NCBI GenBank assembly: GCA_964449435.1
Contig: CAYUYR010000008.1
Span: forward strand, 6,038-70,037
Origin: an uncultured Planctomycetaceae bacterium
GTDB lineage: Bacteria > Planctomycetota > Phycisphaerae > Sedimentisphaerales > UBA12454
Length of the DNA stretch: 64,000 nucleotides
Direction: 5' to 3'
A program made the translations under genes and the position numbers. Shown here in pieces: positions 46,262 to 54,237 of this stretch (the first letter of the stretch is position 1; every line of letters begins with the position of its first letter). The notes under the pieces are model-generated. The model was not told the DNA's origin and searched no databases. It saw only the letters and a program-made list of their open reading frames with translations.

Positions 46262-47188
46262 TTGCGAGATTGCGACCTTGAAAATGAGTTTATTAAATTT
46301 ATCAGTTACGGCAAACATCGAGCGGAAAACACGATAAGCAGCTACAGAAGCGACCTTGAACAATTTGTAAAATTTCTGAGCTGCGATGAGATTGCCGAGG
46401 CTGAAAAGTTAGAGGATATTTTCGTCTCCGGACAAAACTCGAATCAGCGGGAATCGCTCTTGGCCGGCGCTGATACAGGGAAAATAAGGGCGTTTCTGGA
46501 CTTTTTGCAAAAAAGCAATTACTCCGCAGCCTCTATAAGACGAAAATTCGCAACCCTTATCTGCTTTTATAATTTTCTCACATCGCAGCATTGGATAAAT
46601 GATAACCCCACAACCGGCATTGAGCCGCCGCAAGTTCAAAGATGCAGACCAAAAATACTCACTGAAGAGCGAATATGGCAAATACTCCATCTGCCGAATC
46701 TTGATAACTGGGTCGGGGCAAGAGACCGGGCTATGCTCGAACTATTGTGCTGTACCGGAATCCGCATAAGCGAACTGATAAAACTCGATATAAATGATGT
46801 CGATTTGACTGATTTACGGCTTAAAATTACATCTCCCAACAGGAAAAAAAGAACTCTGGACATTACGGCAACCGCGGCCCAGACAATCAATTACTATTTA
46901 AAACTAATGCAAAGGGAAATCGGCTTCGACATTGAAAATCCCCAAAATCCTCTTTTTGTCAATAGATTCGGCAAAAGGCTCGATGCAAGAAGTGCCGACA
47001 GAAGGATTGAAAAGTATATTTCTCTGGCCGGGCTGGACAAATCAATTACCCCATACAATTTCAGACATACTTTCGCCCAAAAATTGCTGCGTCAAGGCGC
47101 AGGTATTGAGCGGCTGGAGCATCTCCTCGGCTTCGGGTCGAATTCGGCGGCACAATTATATATAGAATCCTTAAAGACAGCAAAATAA
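46262..47188 (+). CDS. Tyrosine recombinase, XerC/XerD-like but with divergent active-site histidines
   Basis: TTG start. N-terminal SAM-like domain (FIKFISYGKHRAENTISSYRSDLEQFVKFL). Box I is TGIRISELIKL. Box II is YNFRHTFAQKLL...LLGFGSNSAAQLY. Arg, Arg and Tyr are kept, while the His positions read Y and F. Confidence 0.8.
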   Translation: MRDCDLENEFIKFISYGKHRAENTISSYRSDLEQFVKFLSCDEIAEAEKLEDIFVSGQNSNQRESLLAGADTGKIRAFLDFLQKSNYSAASIRRKFATLICFYNFLTSQHWINDNPTTGIEPPQVQRCRPKILTEERIWQILHLPNLDNWVGARDRAMLELLCCTGIRISELIKLDINDVDLTDLRLKITSPNRKKRTLDITATAAQTINYYLKLMQREIGFDIENPQNPLFVNRFGKRLDARSADRRIEKYISLAGLDKSITPYNFRHTFAQKLLRQGAGIERLEHLLGFGSNSAAQLYIESLKTAK

Positions 47189-47208
47189 CTTCTTGTCTCA
47201 AAGTTTTC

Positions 47209-47246
47209 TTGCAATTATTATAATAAAGACTTAAAATGTCATTTTA
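47209..47246 (+). promoter_or_regulatory. Putative promoter of REC paralog 2 (TTGCAA-N17-TAAAAT) with a 15-bp palindrome over the -10
   Basis: The -35 lies at 47209-47214 and the -10 at 47232-47237. The palindrome taaaatg-t-catttta spans 47232-47246. Confidence 0.45.
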
Positions 47247-47288
47247 TAGAAGATTCAACTATCGGGTTTAACTCAGAAGGAGATTGTT

Positions 47289-48035
47289 ATGGCTGAAGCC
47301 GAGCGAATTCTGCTTGCAGATGATGAACAGACTTTTTGCGATTCTACGGGCGAGCTGCTCAGACGGGAAGGATATATCTGCGACTGTGTGCCGGACGCCC
47401 CTGCCGCCATTGAAAAACTTAAACAGCATTCCTACGATGTGATTATCGCGGATATAAAAATGCCCGGCAATCCGAAACTGGAGCTGATTAAAGAACTGCC
47501 CATACTGGCAAAAGGCGCTTTCGCAATTCTCGTTACCGCTTATCCGACACAAAAGACCGCTATCGAAGCCATCCGACTGCCTGTTGCGGCATATATGGTA
47601 AAACCAATCAATTTCGACGAGCTGAAGAACAATGTCGCTGCGGCAATTAAGCAGAAAAAACTTTTTCAAACTGTTTTGGAGACAAAAAATCGACTCTCGC
47701 AATGGCAAAAACAAATGCAGGGAATGGAGCAAATCCTTGCAAAACAAAATGCTCCGACTTTTTCCGCTTCTGTCAGAAATTTTTTAGATTTGACGCTATG
47801 CAACATAAGCACCGCATTTATGGATGTAAAAAATCTCGTTCAGACGCTGGCGGACGACCAAAAAAAATCGGCAGTCTGCAACCTTATGAACTGCCCAAAG
47901 CTCAATGAGATGACAGAAGGCCTGAACGAAACAATCAAAACTCTCGAACTGACAAAAAGCTCTTTCAAGTCCAAGGAATTAGGACAATTAAGAATAAAAC
48001 TCGCACAACTGCTGAAAAAGGCGAAAAAAACTTAA
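47289..48035 (+). CDS. Response regulator: REC domain plus uncharacterised helical Cys-containing C-terminal domain (paralog 2)
   Basis: ILLADDEQTF, YDVIIADIKMPG and YMVKPINF. The C-terminal VCNLMNCPKLNEMTEGLNETIKTLELTKSSFKSKELGQLRIKLAQLL is colinear with paralog 1. Confidence 0.85.
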   Translation: MAEAERILLADDEQTFCDSTGELLRREGYICDCVPDAPAAIEKLKQHSYDVIIADIKMPGNPKLELIKELPILAKGAFAILVTAYPTQKTAIEAIRLPVAAYMVKPINFDELKNNVAAAIKQKKLFQTVLETKNRLSQWQKQMQGMEQILAKQNAPTFSASVRNFLDLTLCNISTAFMDVKNLVQTLADDQKKSAVCNLMNCPKLNEMTEGLNETIKTLELTKSSFKSKELGQLRIKLAQLLKKAKKT

Positions 48036-48114
48036 ATTCCCGTCAGAATTTGCCGATAATAGAATTGAAGAGTGAAACAGCCGCCTTTGCGGACGATTTA
48101 AGATTCGTAAGTAG

Positions 48115-48152
48115 AAGGCACGACCCTGAAAAAACAAGGTTGTGCCTTTTTA
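48115..48152 (+). terminator. Rho-independent terminator after REC paralog 2
   Basis: AAGGCACGACC-ctgaaaaaacaa-GGTTGTGCCTT (one G-U pair) followed by tttt. Confidence 0.7.
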
Positions 48153-48198
48153 TTTAGTATTTTAAGACCAAAAAAAGCGACAATTAGGAGAAAGTATC

Positions 48199-48531
48199 CT
48201 GGACTTATACACAGCATTATCGGTATTCGTATCGGCCACTCCGAAGCTGATTAACAGTATTTGTGACGCGATAAAAGCAAACGATTTGGCTCAACTTGAA
48301 GAGCTAACGGCAAAATTAATCGCATACAGCCGTCAGGCTCAAATGCCGAACTTTGCCGAAAAAGTTAAAAACATAGTTATCGCCGTCAGAGAGAATAAAA
48401 CAGACACAGCGGAAAAACACGCCCATTCATTAAGGCAATGCCTCGAACAAATGGCAAGAGCAACCGGAGCCGGCTTACTTGAGGAACACGACAGAAGTCC
48501 GAACTGCTGTCCGCTTACAGCGAAAGATTAA
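48199..48531 (+). CDS. Hpt-like four-helix protein lacking the phospho-accepting His
   Basis: The frame is open from 48166. AGGAGA at 48186-48191 precedes CTG 48199, and the ORF track starts at TTG 48286. The pattern FVSATPKLINSICDAIKANDLAQLEELTAKLIAYSRQAQMPNFAEK mirrors Hpt (..AHxLKGSA..), but it reads AKLIAY. Confidence 0.5.
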   Translation: MDLYTALSVFVSATPKLINSICDAIKANDLAQLEELTAKLIAYSRQAQMPNFAEKVKNIVIAVRENKTDTAEKHAHSLRQCLEQMARATGAGLLEEHDRSPNCCPLTAKD

Positions 48532-48668
48532 GACCGCCCGGCCAATCAATGCCTGTCCCGAACCTGCCGATAAATAATAGACTTTACCGCAAAAATGGTT
48601 ATAATATACGCTTCGGTTTTCCGCGAAAAACATTAACAAAATTCTGTCCGAAATAATGGAGAAAAAAA

Positions 48669-49685
48669 ATGAACACTGACACTAAATATGCACAATTTGC
48701 CCTTGTCCGAGAAATGATGCAAACCCCTGAAATACTGCGAAAATTCAAACTCGAAAACGCTGAAAATGTCATAGGTGTAATTAAGGAAAAAGGCAAACTT
48801 TTCTTTACAGGCGAGGGGTCGAGCAGGATTTTCCCTGCCAAAAACGCTATGTATTGCGCACGAAGGGCCGGGGTAAATCTTAATCTCGCTACGGAAGGCG
48901 GGCTGCAGGCATGCAGCTATGACCTTTCGGATTTTGCCGTATTCGGCGCTTCCAACAGCGGGCAAACAAAAGAAGTCATCCGCCTGTTTGAAAGACTCAA
49001 GAATGTAAATCACAAGAACCTGTTTGCACTCACCGCAAATAAAGATACGAAACTTGAATCCATCGCGAATCAAACCTTTATCCTAAAATGCGAAAAAGAG
49101 CAGGCTGTGGCCGCCACAAAAAGCGTCGCCGAGCAAGCCCTCTTCTATCAGGAACTGCTGTCGGTCATACAAGGAACTTCTCTCGATAAAAAATTGTCTC
49201 AACTTGCCGACGCATTCGCCGCGGCTTTGACAATGCCGCTAGATAAGGCAATCACAGACGCAATAGCATCGGCGGGAACGATTTACTTTGCGGGCAAAAA
49301 CGACGGCGTAGCGGAGGAATTAACCCTAAAGACAAACGAAATTACCCGCAAGAAAAGCGATTATCTCGAAGGCACTTATGCAGTCCACGGCGTAGAAGAA
49401 GTAATGAATGCCAACGATGTTGTTATTCTGCTCGACCCGTTCAAGCGCGAATATGAAAAAATCAAACAGACGCTTGTCGATGGCGTAGGCCTGAAGGTAT
49501 TCGCTGTCAGCGATGAAGAGACTTTATTCCCGACAATCATAGTTTCCGATATCGGCGAACTGGGCAATTACGTATATCTGGCGGCGGGATGGAATATTCT
49601 CGTTGAAGTGGGCGTGAGCCTCGGAATCAATCTCGACAAGCCTCAGCGTGCACGAAAGGTCGGCAACGAATATATCGGCGGTTAA
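48669..49685 (+). CDS. SIS-domain sugar-phosphate isomerase/amidotransferase-like protein (GlmS C-terminal / AgaS-like)
   Basis: 338 aa with two SIS-like halves: FFTGEGSSRIFPA ... FGASNSGQTKEV, and a second half IYFAGKNDGVAEE. Confidence 0.7.
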   Translation: MNTDTKYAQFALVREMMQTPEILRKFKLENAENVIGVIKEKGKLFFTGEGSSRIFPAKNAMYCARRAGVNLNLATEGGLQACSYDLSDFAVFGASNSGQTKEVIRLFERLKNVNHKNLFALTANKDTKLESIANQTFILKCEKEQAVAATKSVAEQALFYQELLSVIQGTSLDKKLSQLADAFAAALTMPLDKAITDAIASAGTIYFAGKNDGVAEELTLKTNEITRKKSDYLEGTYAVHGVEEVMNANDVVILLDPFKREYEKIKQTLVDGVGLKVFAVSDEETLFPTIIVSDIGELGNYVYLAAGWNILVEVGVSLGINLDKPQRARKVGNEYIGG

Positions 49686-49688
49686 GCC

Positions 49689-51437
49689 TTATTTGCGGCT
49701 TGTAAGATAAATAGCCTGCTCGGCGAAAATATTTGGAGCGAATTTTACGGGGCTTCGGCGGTTGCTGATAAGCGGAATTTTCGTCTCGATTTTCGCCCCG
49801 ATTTCCTCGCAGAAATCGTCAAAATCCTTAAGCGACATAAAATGTATATTCGGAGTGTCGTACCATTTAAAAGGCAACTGCTTTGTACGAGGCGCCCTGC
49901 CGCCGAAGAACAGTCCCGCTCTGCACCGCCAGTACGCAAAATTCGGAAAACTGACAATAACTTTTCTGCTCACTCTCAAGAGCTCGGCAAAAACGTGATG
50001 CGGGTTTTTGAGGGTTTGCAGCGTCTGCGATAAAATAGCATAATCAAAGCTGCTGTCCGGATAAAGCTCGAGACCCCGCTCGATATCTCTGTGAATAATA
50101 TTCAGGCCGTTATTTACACCCTGCAAAACCAGTTCCTGGTCAACTTCGATACCCTCAGCGTCGATATTTTTATCGTACTGGAGATTGAGAAGCAGTTGTC
50201 CGTCTCCGCAGCCGATGTCGAGTACTCTGCTGTCTGGCTCTATGAGGGATTCGATAAGCTCATAATCGACACGAAGCCTTTTCGCCCTGTCAACACCCTT
50301 TATGCTTAAAACTTTCGAGTTTTTGCTGAACTTCGGTTTCGCGATGGTTGTCGAGAGAAAGCCGCCGAGCAGGCTGCCGAGCGCCTGCGGTTCGAGCAGA
50401 AAGGCATCGTGGCCGTAAGGCGAAAAAATATTGCAGTAGCTGACGGGCTTTCTCCCAGCAACGAGGGCATTTACCATTTCCTCGGATTGTGCGGGAGTAA
50501 AAAGCCAGTCGCTGGTGAAACTAACTATCAAAAATCTCGATTTAGTCTTGGCAAAGGCCTGAGCAAGTGAGCTGTAATCTCTTTCGAGGTCGAAATAATC
50601 CATCGCCCTGGTGATATACAAATAACTGTTAGCATCGAACCGCTCGATAAAACTTTGTCCCTGATAATCGAGATAAGTTTCGATGGAAAACTCGGAGCTG
50701 AAATCATAATTGTATTTGTCGGCGCTTTTGAGCACCCTGCCGAATTTTTCCCTCATACTTTCTTTCGAAAGATAGGTTATATGCCCTACCATTCTGGCGG
50801 TAGCAAGACCTTTTTTGGGGTCGGCCAGAATTGCGTTTCTGCCGACGGCGTCGAAAGCGATTGCCTGCGGGCCCAGGCGCGAAGTCGAGGCTATTACAAT
50901 CGCGGATTTGACAAAATCGGGATAATCGACAGCCCACTGCAAAACCTGCATACCGCCCATCGAACCGCCAACGACGCTTAAAAGCTGTTTTATGCCAAGC
51001 TTGTCCAGCAGCAATTTCTGAACCTTTACCATATCGGCAATCGTTATCAGCGGAAATTCGAGGTTGTAAGGCTTTTCTGTCCGCGGATTTATGCTCGATG
51101 GGCCGGTTGTGCCGCTGCAGCCGCCCAGAAAATTCGAGCATATTACGTAATATTTGTCGGTATCAATCGCCTTGCCGGGACCTATCATAATGTCCCACCA
51201 GCCGGGTTTTTTATCATCGGGGCCGCTGGAACCGGCAGCATGTGCGCTGCCGCTTAGGGCGTGGCAGATAAGCACGACATTATCGCCGGCAGAATTTAAC
51301 TTGCCATAAGTCTCATAGGCCACGTCTATCGGACTGAGGGTCTTGCCGCTGGTCAGCTTGAAAGTATCGTCCGCGTGGACGATGCGTATCATCTTTGTTT
51401 CGACAACGCCAACTGAATCCGCTTGCTCTTCGGTCAT
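49689..51437 (-). CDS. metX: Fusion of homoserine O-acetyltransferase (MetX) and MetW-like methyltransferase-fold domain
   Basis: 582 aa. The N-domain has [15 protein letters not shown] and [13 protein letters not shown] (alpha/beta hydrolase MetX). The C-terminal roughly 200 aa have [16 protein letters not shown] and AILSQTLQ (MetW pattern). Confidence 0.85.
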   Translation of the reverse strand: MTEEQADSVGVVETKMIRIVHADDTFKLTSGKTLSPIDVAYETYGKLNSAGDNVVLICHALSGSAHAAGSSGPDDKKPGWWDIMIGPGKAIDTDKYYVICSNFLGGCSGTTGPSSINPRTEKPYNLEFPLITIADMVKVQKLLLDKLGIKQLLSVVGGSMGGMQVLQWAVDYPDFVKSAIVIASTSRLGPQAIAFDAVGRNAILADPKKGLATARMVGHITYLSKESMREKFGRVLKSADKYNYDFSSEFSIETYLDYQGQSFIERFDANSYLYITRAMDYFDLERDYSSLAQAFAKTKSRFLIVSFTSDWLFTPAQSEEMVNALVAGRKPVSYCNIFSPYGHDAFLLEPQALGSLLGGFLSTTIAKPKFSKNSKVLSIKGVDRAKRLRVDYELIESLIEPDSRVLDIGCGDGQLLLNLQYDKNIDAEGIEVDQELVLQGVNNGLNIIHRDIERGLELYPDSSFDYAILSQTLQTLKNPHHVFAELLRVSRKVIVSFPNFAYWRCRAGLFFGGRAPRTKQLPFKWYDTPNIHFMSLKDFDDFCEEIGAKIETKIPLISNRRSPVKFAPNIFAEQAIYLTSRK

Positions 51438-51469
51438 ATCGCACTCAACCTTATATTATTTTTTGCCTG

Positions 51470-51501
51470 TTTTTCACAACAATCACCATTGTTGTGAAAA
51501 A
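51470..51501. promoter_or_regulatory. Perfect 14-bp inverted repeat (4-nt spacer) in the metX leader / hox upstream region
   Basis: tttttcacaacaat-cacc-attgttgtgaaaaa lies 33-64 nt upstream of the metX ATG and downstream of the predicted metX promoter. Confidence 0.6.
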
Positions 51502-51522
51502 ATCGCTATTTTAGCTCTTAAG

Positions 51523-51551
51523 ATTATATACAAGGCTTTTTGGGTATGCAA
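51523..51551 (-). promoter_or_regulatory. Putative sigma-70 promoter of metX-metW (TTGCAT-N17-TATAAT)
   Basis: On the minus strand the -35 lies at 51551..51546 and the -10 at 51528..51523. Confidence 0.5.
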
Positions 51552-51568
51552 TTTTCTTTTTCGGCCTT

Positions 51569-51617
51569 GTCTGTCCGGTTTTTTTTAATAGACAGACATT
51601 CATAAAAGCACTATACT
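51569..51617 (+). promoter_or_regulatory. Putative hox promoter (TAGACA-N17-TATACT) overlapped by a 7-bp inverted repeat
   Basis: The -35 lies at 51589-51594 and the -10 at 51612-51617. The inverted repeat gtctgtc (51569-51575) / gacagac (51591-51597) spans the -35. Confidence 0.4.
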
Positions 51618-51679
51618 GCCTGTTTTAACCCCGGGCAAAAACATCAGGGGGAGTTATTAAGGTAATTATGAGGTAAAAT

Positions 51680-53497
51680 ATGAGTGAAAATCTTCAGTCA
51701 GAAATTAAGGCGATTTGCCAAAACTGCGGCAATGACCGGACGAAAATGATGGATATTGTTCTGGCCGTGCAGGAAAAATTCGAGCGGGTCGGCGGCGAAG
51801 CGCTCGACCTTATCGCCAAATTCGTCAACTGCAACCGCGTCGAGGTCGAAGGCGTCGTGTCGTTCTACGCCTTTTTGTCGAAAACTCCCAAAGGCAAAGT
51901 CGTTATCCGCTTATGCAACGACGTAGTCGATAAAATGGCAGGCGTTGACGCTGTCGCTGAGGCGTTTAAGAAAGAACTCGGCATCGATTTCGGACAGACG
52001 ACCAGCGACGGCAAAATAACGCTCGAATATACACCCTGTATCGGGATGTGCGACCAGGCACCGGCGGCGCTGATTAACGATGAAATTATCACATATCTCT
52101 CGACCGATAAGGTGAAAGAGATTGTCGCAGATATCAAAAAGCATTACGACCCGTCGAAACTCAAACATCGTCTCGGCGACGGCAATAATGCCGATGAGCT
52201 TGTTCATTCGTGCGTACACAACGGCCTGAGAAAAAAAGGGCCGGTTATTTTCGCCGATTACAAAACAGAGGCGGGACTAAAAAATGCCCTTGCTATGAGT
52301 CCTGCCGAAGTAATTAACGAAGTAAAAACCGCAAGGCTTCGCGGCCGAGGCGGCGCGGGATTTCCGACAGGAATGAAATGGCAGTTTACCCGCGCAGCAG
52401 AAGGCGGGAAGAAATTTATCCTCTGCAACGCTGATGAGGGCGAGCCGGGCACATTCAAAGACAGGGTTATCCTCACGGAACGGGCGGATATGATGTTCGA
52501 GGGTATGACTATCGGCGGCTATGCAATCGGCGCACAGGCCGGTATTCTTTATCTTCGAGCCGAATACGCATACCTGAGAAAACTGCTCGAAAAGATTTTA
52601 AAGGAAAGAAGAGACAAAAACCTGCTCGGCAACGACATACTCGGCAAGAAAGGTTTTAATTTCGATATTACAATCCAGATGGGAGCGGGCGCTTATATAT
52701 GCGGAGAAGAAACCGCTTTGATAAGCTCCTGCGAGGGACTGAGAGGCGACCCGAAAACAAGGCCGCCGTTCCCCGCTCAAAAAGGTTATCTGGGCTATCC
52801 GACAGCAGTAAATAATGTCGAAACCTTATGCTGCGCGGCAAGAATACTCGAAATGGGCGCTGCGTGGTTTGCCGAAATAGGCTCGAAAGGAAGTCCGAGC
52901 ACAAAACTTCTGAGCGTTTCCGGCGACTGCAAACAGCCGGGCGTTTACGAACTGCCGTTCGGAATAAAAGTAAAAGACCTGCTTAAGGAAGTCGGAGCCG
53001 AAGACGCTCAGGCAGTTCTCATCGGCGGGCCAAGCGGACAGATAATCGGTCAAAACGATTATAACAGAACAATCTGCTATGACGATTTGGCGACCGGCGG
53101 AGCGGTCGTTGTATTCGGGCCGGAAAGAGACCTTGTGGAAATCGCCGCCGAGTATATGGAATTCTTCGTAGAGGAAAGCTGCGGCTACTGCACACCCTGC
53201 CGAGTGGGAAATGTACTGCTGAAAAAATATCTCGATAAAATCCTCGCGGGCAAGGGCGAACCGCAGGACCTTGATTTATTGCAGGAGCTTGGCGAAAGCA
53301 TAAAAACTACCAGCCGATGCGGACTGGGACAGACTTCGCCGAATCCGGTATTAACTACCCTGAAAAACTTCCGTCAGCTATACGAAAAGAAAGTTAAAAA
53401 ATATCCGGACGGTTTACAGCCAACATTCGATATCAGAAAAGCGCTGGCGGATGCGGAAAAAATCGCGAACCGTCAATCGGTAATTTATACGAAATAA
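51680..53497 (+). CDS. hoxF: NAD-reducing [NiFe] hydrogenase diaphorase subunit HoxF (NuoE-like plus NuoF-like fusion)
   Basis: 605 aa. The N-domain is NuoE-like (PCIGMCDQAP). The remainder is NuoF-like with GRGGAGFPTGMKW (FMN/NADH) and ESCGYCTPCRVG (4Fe-4S). Confidence 0.9.
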   Translation: MSENLQSEIKAICQNCGNDRTKMMDIVLAVQEKFERVGGEALDLIAKFVNCNRVEVEGVVSFYAFLSKTPKGKVVIRLCNDVVDKMAGVDAVAEAFKKELGIDFGQTTSDGKITLEYTPCIGMCDQAPAALINDEIITYLSTDKVKEIVADIKKHYDPSKLKHRLGDGNNADELVHSCVHNGLRKKGPVIFADYKTEAGLKNALAMSPAEVINEVKTARLRGRGGAGFPTGMKWQFTRAAEGGKKFILCNADEGEPGTFKDRVILTERADMMFEGMTIGGYAIGAQAGILYLRAEYAYLRKLLEKILKERRDKNLLGNDILGKKGFNFDITIQMGAGAYICGEETALISSCEGLRGDPKTRPPFPAQKGYLGYPTAVNNVETLCCAARILEMGAAWFAEIGSKGSPSTKLLSVSGDCKQPGVYELPFGIKVKDLLKEVGAEDAQAVLIGGPSGQIIGQNDYNRTICYDDLATGGAVVVFGPERDLVEIAAEYMEFFVEESCGYCTPCRVGNVLLKKYLDKILAGKGEPQDLDLLQELGESIKTTSRCGLGQTSPNPVLTTLKNFRQLYEKKVKKYPDGLQPTFDIRKALADAEKIANRQSVIYTK

Positions 53498-53507
53498 GGG
53501 ATAACCA

Positions 53508-54215
53508 ATGAGCAAACAGATAACGTTTTCAATCGACGGCGTTGAAGTAAAAGGCAAAGAAGGCCAGACTATTCTGCAGGCCGCTGACGAGGCGGGCATT
53601 TATATACCGAGATTATGCTATATGGAAGGACTTGTCCCGCACGGAAGCTGCCGCGTTTGCACGGTTATTGTTAACGGCAAACCGCAAACCGCCTGCACCC
53701 AGCCGATTGCCGAGGGAATGACAGTTGAGAACGACACGCCCGAACTCAAGGAGCACAGACGAAACATTATCGATATGCTTTTTATCGAAGGCAATCATTT
53801 CTGTATGTTCTGCGAAAAGAGCGGCAATTGCGAACTGCAGGCGCTCGCTTACAGGCTCGGCATCCTGTCGCCGAAGTTCCCATACTTTTTCCCAAAAAAA
53901 GACATTGACGCCACGCATCCCGATATATTTCTCGACCTTAACAGATGCGTTCTGTGCGGCAGATGCGTAGAAGCATCGAAAGACATCGACGGCAAGGGTG
54001 TATTCGACTTTGTCGGCAGAAGTATAAACAAGAAAATAGCGGTTAATGCAGAGACAAACCTTAAAGACACCAATTTTGCCGCAGCCGATAAGGCCGCCGA
54101 CGTTTGCCCTGTCGGCTCGATAAATAAAAAACACACTGCATTCGCGACCCCGATAGGGAAGAGATTATATGACACAAAGCCGATTGGCTCGGAAATAGAA
54201 GAACGCAGAAAATAA
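53508..54215 (+). CDS. hoxU: Hydrogenase diaphorase Fe-S subunit HoxU (NuoG N-terminal-like)
   Basis: 235 aa with 2Fe-2S CRVCTVIVNGKPQTAC, CMFCEKSGNCELQ and CVLCGRCVEA. Confidence 0.9.
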   Translation: MSKQITFSIDGVEVKGKEGQTILQAADEAGIYIPRLCYMEGLVPHGSCRVCTVIVNGKPQTACTQPIAEGMTVENDTPELKEHRRNIIDMLFIEGNHFCMFCEKSGNCELQALAYRLGILSPKFPYFFPKKDIDATHPDIFLDLNRCVLCGRCVEASKDIDGKGVFDFVGRSINKKIAVNAETNLKDTNFAAADKAADVCPVGSINKKHTAFATPIGKRLYDTKPIGSEIEERRK

Positions 54216-54237
54216 AAATTTACAAGGATATATAGAA

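Noticed and set aside
47215-47226. dif-like palindrome ttattataataa downstream of the recombinase gene
   Set aside because: It is a pure A/T 12-mer inside the spacer of the predicted promoter. It has no resemblance to the XerC/XerD arm consensus and is likely compositional.
46126-47288. Invertible-switch hypothesis: inverted repeats flanking the recombinase gene
   Set aside because: Comparing 46126-46261 with the reverse complement of 47189-47288 showed only trivial matches (AATGAC, short AT-rich strings). No credible inverted-repeat pair was found by eye.
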